Below, in pieces: positions 56,959 to 64,000 of a DNA stretch of 64,000 nucleotides (its first letter is position 1; every line of letters starts with the position of its first letter). The notes under the pieces were generated by a model. That model searched no databases and had not been told where the DNA came from. It saw only the letters and a program-made list of their open reading frames with translations. The DNA comes from Candidatus Ozemobacteraceae bacterium (GTDB lineage Bacteria; Muiribacteriota; Ozemobacteria; Ozemobacterales; Ozemobacteraceae). Position numbers and translations under genes: made by a program. The DNA lies in the NCBI GenBank assembly GCA_965140445.1, contig OZ223236.1, positions 2,848,001 through 2,912,000 on the forward strand, read 5' to 3'.

Positions 56959-59142
56959 GTGGAAAACGAATGCATAACTGTAACCATTGATAGAATAGCT
57001 TTTCAGAATGAGCAGAATGGCTATTATATTTTAAAAGCTTCTTCGCGGGAGTATCCTGCGGGGATTACGGTTGTGGGATCTTTTGGGGTTATCCAGCCAG
57101 GTGAAGAAGTTAGGGTGCACGGAACCTGGGCTTGTCATCCGCAATTTGGGATGCAGTTTCAGGCTTTGAGCCATACAGTCTTGAAACCCGCCACATTGGT
57201 TGGCATTGAAAAATATCTTGGATCGGGGATGATAAAGGGAATTGGCCCGGTTACCGCCAAAAAACTGGTTTCAAATTTTGGACTTGAAACACTTGAAGTT
57301 ATTGAGAAGAACCCGGAACGATTAGCTGAGTGCGATGGAATTGGCCCGCACAAGATTGAAAAAATTGTGGGTGGTTGGTTTTTGCAGCGTGCTATTCAGG
57401 ATGTAATGATTTTTTTGCAGGGGCATGGAATTTCACCTGCCTACGCTTCCAGGATCTATAAAAAATTTCAAAAGGATTCAATGAGCAAAGTTTCTGCTAA
57501 TCCTTACATTCTTGCTACTGAGATACCGGGAATTGGCTTTAAAAAGGCGGATAAGATTGCTCAGGAGTTTGGTATAACTGACGCTGATCCCAGACGTTTA
57601 AAGGCTGGGATACTATATGTTTTGGACAATCTCACCAAAGATGGTCATTTGTTTCTTACACTTGATGATTTGCAGATAAAAGCCGCTGAAATTCTTCAAT
57701 TAGATTCTCAATCGGATATTGAGACCTTTGTAAATGAATTAGCGGCTGAAAATAGGCTAATTATCGTAAATTGGGAAGACGATCGCCTTGTTTATCTACC
57801 GTCTTCATATAGGGCAGAGCACAATTCTGTTGAATTACTCGAAAGCTTTCTGGCCGAGCGACCTCAGATTGCCAGAGAAAAACTTCTTGAGGTATTGGAA
57901 GAGGTTTTCAAGAAGCATGGATTAAGATTAACTCCAATTCAGGAACTGGCGGTTGAAAAATCACTGCGAAAAGGTTTGCTGGTTATAACCGGCGGCCCAG
58001 GAACAGGAAAAACCACTACTTTAAAAGCTGTTGTTGCTGCTCATAAGGCTCTTAAAAGAAAAGTCCTTCTGGCAAGTCCTACTGGCAGAGCGGCCAAAAG
58101 GCTTGCAGAAGTTTCTGGATACGAAGCAATGACCATTCACAGATTGCTTGAGTATTCCCCGCAGGAGCACGGCTTTAAAAAAAATGGATCTGACCCGCTT
58201 GATTGCGATACGTTAATTATTGATGAATCCTCCATGATTGATATGCAGCTGTTTTATAGCCTTATAAAAGCTGTTCCCGGTCATGCTGCTTTTATTCTTG
58301 TTGGTGACTCTGATCAGTTGCCTTCAGTTGGGGCAGGCCTGGTTTTAAGAAACCTTATTTTATCAGAGGTAGTGCCAGTGGTTAAGCTTGAAACTGTTTT
58401 CCGGCAGGCAGAAAGTTCAGATATTATAAAAAATGCTCACTTGATTAATTCTGGAAAAATGCCGGAACTGCTGGTTCCCGATGGAAAGAAGAAGACCGAT
58501 TGCTACTTCCTGCATGCAGACGAGAATGAAAAGGTAATTTCTCTGCTAAAGAATGTTGTTAACAAAAGCCTTCCTGCGAGATTCAAATATGATCCAATGA
58601 AAGACATTCAGGTTCTTTCGCCCATGAATCGCGGCCCATTAGGAGCTGGAAATCTAAATGTAGTGCTTCAGGAAGCTTTAAACCCAGCTGCCCCGGACAA
58701 AAATGAACTTTCCCATTTGAACCGGGTTTTTCGCACTGGTGATAAGGTTATTCAGCTTAGAAATAATTATGATCTTGAAGTTTTCAATGGGGACATCGGT
58801 TTTATTAAAGAAGCCAATGATGAGGATCAGGAGCTTATTGTGGAGTTTTCCCAGGGTGAAGTCATATATCAGTCTTCTGATTTACTTGATCTCTCTCTTG
58901 CATACGCCATAACTGTCCATAAGTCTCAGGGAAGTGAGTATCCAGCCGTTGTAATGTTAATTGCTACTCAACATTACATGCTTTTGCAGCGAAACCTTTT
59001 ATATACTGGTCTTACCAGAGCAAGAAAGCATATGGTTATTGTTGGAACCAAGCGAGCAGTAGGTATGGCAGTAACTAATAATAGAGTTAAAAAACGTAAT
59101 ACAATTTTTCGATTATTGATTGCAAAAAAATACGGGTGTTAG
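56959..59142 (+). CDS. recD2: ATP-dependent RecD2 DNA helicase
   Basis: HhH GIGP motifs, GGPGTGKTT, IIDESSM, AYAITVHKSQGSEY and LLYTGLTRA; start probably GTG 56959. Confidence 0.95.
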   Translation: MENECITVTIDRIAFQNEQNGYYILKASSREYPAGITVVGSFGVIQPGEEVRVHGTWACHPQFGMQFQALSHTVLKPATLVGIEKYLGSGMIKGIGPVTAKKLVSNFGLETLEVIEKNPERLAECDGIGPHKIEKIVGGWFLQRAIQDVMIFLQGHGISPAYASRIYKKFQKDSMSKVSANPYILATEIPGIGFKKADKIAQEFGITDADPRRLKAGILYVLDNLTKDGHLFLTLDDLQIKAAEILQLDSQSDIETFVNELAAENRLIIVNWEDDRLVYLPSSYRAEHNSVELLESFLAERPQIAREKLLEVLEEVFKKHGLRLTPIQELAVEKSLRKGLLVITGGPGTGKTTTLKAVVAAHKALKRKVLLASPTGRAAKRLAEVSGYEAMTIHRLLEYSPQEHGFKKNGSDPLDCDTLIIDESSMIDMQLFYSLIKAVPGHAAFILVGDSDQLPSVGAGLVLRNLILSEVVPVVKLETVFRQAESSDIIKNAHLINSGKMPELLVPDGKKKTDCYFLHADENEKVISLLKNVVNKSLPARFKYDPMKDIQVLSPMNRGPLGAGNLNVVLQEALNPAAPDKNELSHLNRVFRTGDKVIQLRNNYDLEVFNGDIGFIKEANDEDQELIVEFSQGEVIYQSSDLLDLSLAYAITVHKSQGSEYPAVVMLIATQHYMLLQRNLLYTGLTRARKHMVIVGTKRAVGMAVTNNRVKKRNTIFRLLIAKKYGC

Positions 59143-59218
59143 TTGGCAACTTTTGAAAACCCGCAATAATAAAGGAAATCAAATAATGAAAAAAATGAAA
59201 AAAAAGTTTTGGGTGCCC

Positions 59219-59247
59219 TTGACGCTTTTGCAAACCGTCAGTAAACT
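59219..59247 (+). promoter_or_regulatory. Sigma70 promoter overlapped by an inverted repeat
   Basis: TTGACG-N17-TAAACT; TGACG-N11-CGTCA. Confidence 0.65.
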
Positions 59248-59297
59248 TAATATTAAATCCGAAGGTACACAACTCTGATAATCACAGGGGGTTATTT

Positions 59298-60155
59298 ATG
59301 ATTAAGCGAAGAAATATGAGAGTGTTCTTGTGTGTTGTTCTCTCACTATTAATGTTGGTGGACTACGCAGTGTTCACTCCAGCTCCAGCACATGCTCTTG
59401 ATAAAAAGAGTGTTATGATAGGTGCAGGCGTGGGTGCCGTTGGCGGCGCAGCTCTTGCATTAGCAGCTCCAGCCATTGGTGGCGCAATTGCTTCTGCTGG
59501 CGGAATAGCCGGTATTGGAACAGCAATCGTTGGTGGCGTTGCAGCCGTTGCAGGTGGAATCACTGGTGCAGTTGCTGCAGTAGGTGGCGCGATAGGTGCT
59601 GCTTTTGGTGCTATTGGTGGATTCTTTGCAGGAATCTTTGCTAGCCCACTGTTTGTTCCAGCTCTTTTAATCGTTGGTGCTGCAGTTCTTGGTTATGTTC
59701 TTTATAAAAGATACAAAGCTAAAAAATCTGCTTCCGCTCCTGGCGAAAGTGAAGTATTCCCTGGAAGCGAAGAAATCTTCGTAACTCCTGGCGACTACGA
59801 TATGGCTCAGGTTTTCCCTGAAGCTGATGAAGGTGAACCAATCAGTATTTCTGATGACGAAGTATTGGTTATCGGTGGCGAAACAGCATCTGTTGCAGAT
59901 GAAGCACCAAGTGTTTCAATTCCTGCAGCTGCAGCCCCAGTTGAAACAGCAACAACAGAAATTACTTCTGGTGTTCCAACTGCTAACGATTCACTCAAAG
60001 CTGCTCATGACAGATATATCGCTTCTTACCAGAAATATACAAATCTTGTAACCAACAGTGGCGGAGCTGATCCTGAAGATATCAAAAGTGCTCTTTCAGA
60101 ATACAGAACTGCTTACCAGGATTACCAGAACATCAAAATTTCTTCTGGAAACTAA
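59298..60155 (+). CDS. Gly/Ala-zipper membrane protein
   Basis: Signal peptide, long GxxxG-rich hydrophobic stretch, acidic linker, helical C-terminus. Confidence 0.8.
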   Translation: MIKRRNMRVFLCVVLSLLMLVDYAVFTPAPAHALDKKSVMIGAGVGAVGGAALALAAPAIGGAIASAGGIAGIGTAIVGGVAAVAGGITGAVAAVGGAIGAAFGAIGGFFAGIFASPLFVPALLIVGAAVLGYVLYKRYKAKKSASAPGESEVFPGSEEIFVTPGDYDMAQVFPEADEGEPISISDDEVLVIGGETASVADEAPSVSIPAAAAPVETATTEITSGVPTANDSLKAAHDRYIASYQKYTNLVTNSGGADPEDIKSALSEYRTAYQDYQNIKISSGN

Positions 60156-60178
60156 TAACCTCCTCTAAGAAATAAAAT

Positions 60179-60209
60179 AAAACCGCACTGGTTAGCCAGT
60201 GCGGTTTTT
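60179..60209. terminator. Bidirectional intrinsic terminator
   Basis: AAAACCGCACTGG-ttag-CCAGTGCGGTTTTT. Confidence 0.9.
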
Positions 60210-60259
60210 CTATTCAGGAATTGTAGTTAGAGAAGTTTTAATCCAAGGTTCGGGTTTAA

Positions 60260-60844
60260 CTATTCAGCTGGACTTTCAGGGGAATCATTTTCATCAGCTA
60301 TTTTAAAAAATGTAATGATTGTGCTTCCGAATTTTCTTTCGTCTAACTGTTTGAGTAGTGGTTTTTTATCAAGGCCCAGATTATCTCTTTTTTGACGCTC
60401 AATAATAAACAGGGTTTTTTTGTCAAACATATCGCAATCGGGAATAATATTCAAAATTGGTTCCAGGAGGTCTTTGAGATAGGGCGGATCAATAAAAACT
60501 ATATCAAAAGGCTTGTCGTATTTTCTGGATTTCAAAAACCTGAGACAATCCATTGTGAAAACTTCTCCGCCTTCTTTTAGCCTTGTCAGTTCCAGATTCT
60601 CAACGATGGTTTTAGTACATTCTCTTGAAGCATCTACAAAAGCGCAATAGCTTGCTCCTCTGCTGAGAGCCTCGATACCCAGATTTCCCGAACCTGCAAA
60701 TAGGTCCAGAAATCTTGAATCTTCAACGTATCCGGCTAGAATATTAAAAGTTGATCCCTTAACTTTATCCATCGCAGGGCGAGTTCCGCCTCCACCAGGC
60801 ATTTTTAAACGTCTTCCCTTGGCTTTTCCTGTGATTATTCGCAT
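60260..60844 (-). CDS. rsmD: 16S rRNA (guanine966-N2)-methyltransferase
   Basis: MRIITG..KGRRL, LDLFAGSG.LGIEALSRGA and DPPY motifs. Confidence 0.95.
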   Translation of the reverse strand: MRIITGKAKGRRLKMPGGGGTRPAMDKVKGSTFNILAGYVEDSRFLDLFAGSGNLGIEALSRGASYCAFVDASRECTKTIVENLELTRLKEGGEVFTMDCLRFLKSRKYDKPFDIVFIDPPYLKDLLEPILNIIPDCDMFDKKTLFIIERQKRDNLGLDKKPLLKQLDERKFGSTIITFFKIADENDSPESPAE

Positions 60845-60850
60845 TTTGTA

Positions 60851-62926
60851 TCAGCCACCTTCCATAAATGTAAGATATGAGTCCCCGAAACTTTCCTGCA
60901 TTCTTTTCATAAACCAATCTCTAACAGTTTCGGATTCTTTTGTTAAAATTTCATAGGCTCTTTGCCTTGAGTTTTCTACCATTTTAAGGGGTATTCTATG
61001 TGAAAAGCAGGGGTGTGACAAGCCGCTTTGTCTTGTTCCCGTTAAATCGCCCGGGCCTCTCAAACGTAGATCCTCTGCAGAAAGCTCAAAGCCATCATTG
61101 ATTGATGTGAGCAATGATAGCCTTTCGGGGGTGTCTTCTTGATGAGTTACCAGAAGACATTTTGATTTCAGACCGCCGCGACCAACTCTGCCTCGTAGCT
61201 GATGAAGCTGAGACAAGCCAAATCGGTCTGCATTCTCAATAATAATTAAAGTTGCATCGGGAGTATCTACGCCAACCTCAATTACAGTAGTTGAAATTAA
61301 CATATCAAGATTGCCGTTTTTAAAATCGTTCATGATGCGTTCTTTGTCATCCCACTTTACTTGTCCGGTCAGGACTTCAAAATTAGCGTCCGGAACAGCA
61401 TCAAGTATTCTGTCTGCAGCTTCTTCTACTGAAGTCCAGTTCATTTTTTCAGAACTTTCTATCAGCGGGCAAACGAGGTAAACTTTTTGCTTTTTATTGA
61501 TAGTCTGCAAAATTTCGGCATTCACATCTCTCCATGAGCTTGTGATATAGGTTTCGACTGGCAAGCGGCCGGGTGGAAGCTCATCAATAATGCTTACATC
61601 CATATCCCCAAAGATTGTTAAGGAAAGGGTTCTCGGGATTGGGGTGGCAGAAAGGAGTAACTGGTTTGGATTCTTGCCTTTGCGAAACAGGAGTTTTCGA
61701 TGTCCTACACCAAAACGTTGCTGCTCATCAATGATACAGTAATCAAGATTTTTAAAAGAGACATGCTCCTGAAAAAGTGCGTGCGTGCCAAAGATATATT
61801 GATATTGGCCAGATTCAATTCCTGCAAGGATTGCCTTTTTCTCTTTCGCTTTTTGACTACCTGTAAGGATCGTGGCTTTGTGGCAATGTTCAGGAAAGAA
61901 TTTGGCAAAGTTCTGGAGGTGCTGTCGGGCAAGAATCTCTGTGGGAGCCATAAAAGCACATTGAGCATGGGTTTGACAGTAGAGAACCATTGAGATGAAT
62001 GCAACCAGGGTTTTACCCGAGCCAACATCGCCTTGTAAAAGACGGTTCATGGGAGGTTTTTCATCTGAAGACGAGGAAAGGTCAGAAACTATTTCGCCCA
62101 AAGCTTGTTTTTGTGCATTAGTAAGCTCGAAGGGAAGCTTAAAAGGTGAGGGCAGGGGAGCCGCTTTGTTAGAGTCCGGGAGTGATAAAAAGCCGGTAAG
62201 ATTTTCTCTGCGCTTTAAAACTCCAATTTGAAACAACACCTGGTCAAAGAATGCCATAGTAAAGCTGGCTTTCCTTGCTTCTTCCTGATTAATTGGCTGA
62301 TGAATTGTTTTTAAAGCCCAGCCAATTTTATGGAAAATGTCTGATTGTGCTGATTTGGGAAAAGAGCTTTCCCAGGAAATATTTTCAAGAATTGTTCTGA
62401 TCAACTTGCGCAAAGAATTGGGGGAAATGCTGGCTTCGGAAAGCGCTTTATAAGAACCATAGACCGGTGTTAGATTTTTGCTTTCGCTTTTATTGGTGAC
62501 TTCGAAAACTTCCACGTCCGGGTTTTCAAGGGTTATTTTCCCTTTAATGATTGAAGCGGCTCCATATAAAAAGTAACTTTTTCCTGGTATCAGCTGCTTA
62601 GTCAGGTATGTTTTATTGAACCAGCGGGCTTGTACACGATTTGTGGAATCGAAAAACTCAGCACTGATTATTGCCAGTCCTTTTCTTGCATATACGGAAG
62701 AAATTTTTTCTAGTTGGGCTTTAAAAATTCCTTGTTTCTCTTTTGACGGTGTTAAAAAAGAAAGAGGGCGAATCTGGGTTCGATCTTCATACCTTAAGGG
62801 CAAAATTCTCAATAGATCTAACACTATTGAAATATTAGAACTTTTGAGGGCAGCGAACTTTTTAGGACCAATTCCCTTTACTTCACTTAGCGATGAATAA
62901 AGGGAAAGCTTATTTTTTAAAGGCAT
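60851..62926 (-). CDS. recG: ATP-dependent DNA helicase RecG
   Basis: RLLQGDVGSGKT, DEQQRFG, SATPIPRTL, QLRGRVGR and DLRLRGPGD motifs. Confidence 0.96.
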   Translation of the reverse strand: MPLKNKLSLYSSLSEVKGIGPKKFAALKSSNISIVLDLLRILPLRYEDRTQIRPLSFLTPSKEKQGIFKAQLEKISSVYARKGLAIISAEFFDSTNRVQARWFNKTYLTKQLIPGKSYFLYGAASIIKGKITLENPDVEVFEVTNKSESKNLTPVYGSYKALSEASISPNSLRKLIRTILENISWESSFPKSAQSDIFHKIGWALKTIHQPINQEEARKASFTMAFFDQVLFQIGVLKRRENLTGFLSLPDSNKAAPLPSPFKLPFELTNAQKQALGEIVSDLSSSSDEKPPMNRLLQGDVGSGKTLVAFISMVLYCQTHAQCAFMAPTEILARQHLQNFAKFFPEHCHKATILTGSQKAKEKKAILAGIESGQYQYIFGTHALFQEHVSFKNLDYCIIDEQQRFGVGHRKLLFRKGKNPNQLLLSATPIPRTLSLTIFGDMDVSIIDELPPGRLPVETYITSSWRDVNAEILQTINKKQKVYLVCPLIESSEKMNWTSVEEAADRILDAVPDANFEVLTGQVKWDDKERIMNDFKNGNLDMLISTTVIEVGVDTPDATLIIIENADRFGLSQLHQLRGRVGRGGLKSKCLLVTHQEDTPERLSLLTSINDGFELSAEDLRLRGPGDLTGTRQSGLSHPCFSHRIPLKMVENSRQRAYEILTKESETVRDWFMKRMQESFGDSYLTFMEGG

Positions 62927-62943
62927 TATTTTTTGAGCTTATA

Positions 62944-63129
62944 TTATTCTTTGTAAAAATAAAGTTGTTTCATGACCATGTAGTCTTCATTCATATAAGC
63001 CAGGTCCCAACCGTTTCTTCCTGCTTCGTCAAGTAAATCACCAAGTTTTTCCAGAAAATCCGGGCCTTTAAGAGGCTGAAGCGAAAGCGTTTTATAGTTC
63101 CATCTATGAGAAGATTTTTCCAGACTCAT
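62944..63129 (-). CDS. Small DUF4177-like protein
   Basis: WNYKT...LDEAGRNGWDL; AGGAG RBS. Confidence 0.75.
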   Translation of the reverse strand: MSLEKSSHRWNYKTLSLQPLKGPDFLEKLGDLLDEAGRNGWDLAYMNEDYMVMKQLYFYKE

Positions 63130-63150
63130 TTTATTACTCCTGTTTTATAA

Positions 63151-64000
63151 TTACTCTTGAATTGTAGATTTAATGTAAAGATAGCCTTTTAACATTTGCT
63201 TGAGTGAATTTTCCGGGTGTGGTGATTGAGTGCATGCTTTTAAGGTTAAATCCATTGCGCTAAAAGCTTTTGCGGGCTGTCCGGTAAAATGAAAGCAATA
63301 AGATAAAAGCAGGTTAGATTCGACATCTAATGGAGAAAGATCTATCGCTTTGGTTAAAACTTCTACAGCTTGGTCGAATTCTTTGAGCTGAATATGTAAA
63401 ACGGCAAGTTTCTGATAAATAACCGGGTTGCGGGGTGATAATTCAATTGCTTTAGTAAGAAGCTTAATGCTCTCACTGGCTTTTCCCGCATTTTGATAGA
63501 TCTGGCCAAGAATGAGATAAGCCCCAAGAATTTTTGGATAAAGAGACAGTGCTTTCAGTAGGTGAGAGACCGCCCCTTCGTTTTTCTTGGCATAAAAGAA
63601 AATTGTTCCGAGATTGTAATGGGCTTTAACCAGATTTGGATTTATTTCAAGAGCTTCTTGATAATATTCGGCGGCAGAGCCAAATTGCTTTTGCAGGAAA
63701 TAGAGATTTGCTATTCCCATTATTGCCTTAAGGTGGTCTGGTTTCTTTTCAAGAATTTCTTTAAAAGTTTTTTCTGCAGTAGAAAGCTCTTTGGCCATGA
63801 TTGCATCATTGGCATATTTTAACTCATCTTCGAAGCTGTGATCCGGCTTCACAGGTTGTGAAACTGGTTCTTCTGTTTTATTTTCTTCTATGGAAGGTTG
63901 TGGGTGAGATGGTTTTACTAATTGTTCTTTTTCTTCAGTTTGATCTGGTGCTGCAGAAGGAGATTCAGCTGTAGGTGCAGGTTCTCCCTGGCTTTCGTTT
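63151..64000 (-). CDS. TPR protein (5' end outside the window)
   Basis: The frame stays open upstream of GTG 63852 to the window edge (Pro/Glu-rich linker); multiple TPR units. Confidence 0.85.
   Translation of the reverse strand, partial: NESQGEPAPTAESPSAAPDQTEEKEQLVKPSHPQPSIEENKTEEPVSQPVKPDHSFEDELKYANDAIMAKELSTAEKTFKEILEKKPDHLKAIMGIANLYFLQKQFGSAAEYYQEALEINPNLVKAHYNLGTIFFYAKKNEGAVSHLLKALSLYPKILGAYLILGQIYQNAGKASESIKLLTKAIELSPRNPVIYQKLAVLHIQLKEFDQAVEVLTKAIDLSPLDVESNLLLSYCFHFTGQPAKAFSAMDLTLKACTQSPHPENSLKQMLKGYLYIKSTIQE

Overview
AT-rich bacterial chromosomal segment, densely coding, with no recognisable rRNA, tRNA, CRISPR array, prophage or transposase. Housekeeping genes include maf, coaD, nifU-nifS, aroK, mazG, two moeA, hydF, tandem fabH, a DnaE2-like polymerase, actP, recD2, rsmD and recG. 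These are interspersed with many TPR and secreted hypothetical genes and a type IV pilin/ABC cluster. HydF and the NIF-type Fe-S system suggest an anaerobe; the many TPR, secreted and pilin-like orphans are reminiscent of Candidatus Riflebacteria, which is an unverified inference. The two most interesting loci are adjacent. (1) 40589-43833: a membrane sCache_2-PAS-CBS-DUF294 nucleotidyltransferase translationally coupled to a calcineurin-like phosphoesterase, convergent on a DUF4212-ActP acetate transporter; this is a candidate carboxylate-sensing nucleotidylation writer/eraser system. (2) 44119-48635: a four-gene operon of corrinoid protein, MtaA/UroD-fold protein lacking canonical Zn ligands, DUF1638 and a soluble GAF-GAF hybrid kinase; this is a candidate B12/methylation-state sensing system. 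Reading the DNA directly also showed two unannotated small ORFs, sigma28-like and sigma54-like promoters, five probable leaderless genes, a fabH duplication whose promoter is almost invariant, and an 11-bp phased repeat array. All family calls come from motif recognition by eye; no database searches were run.
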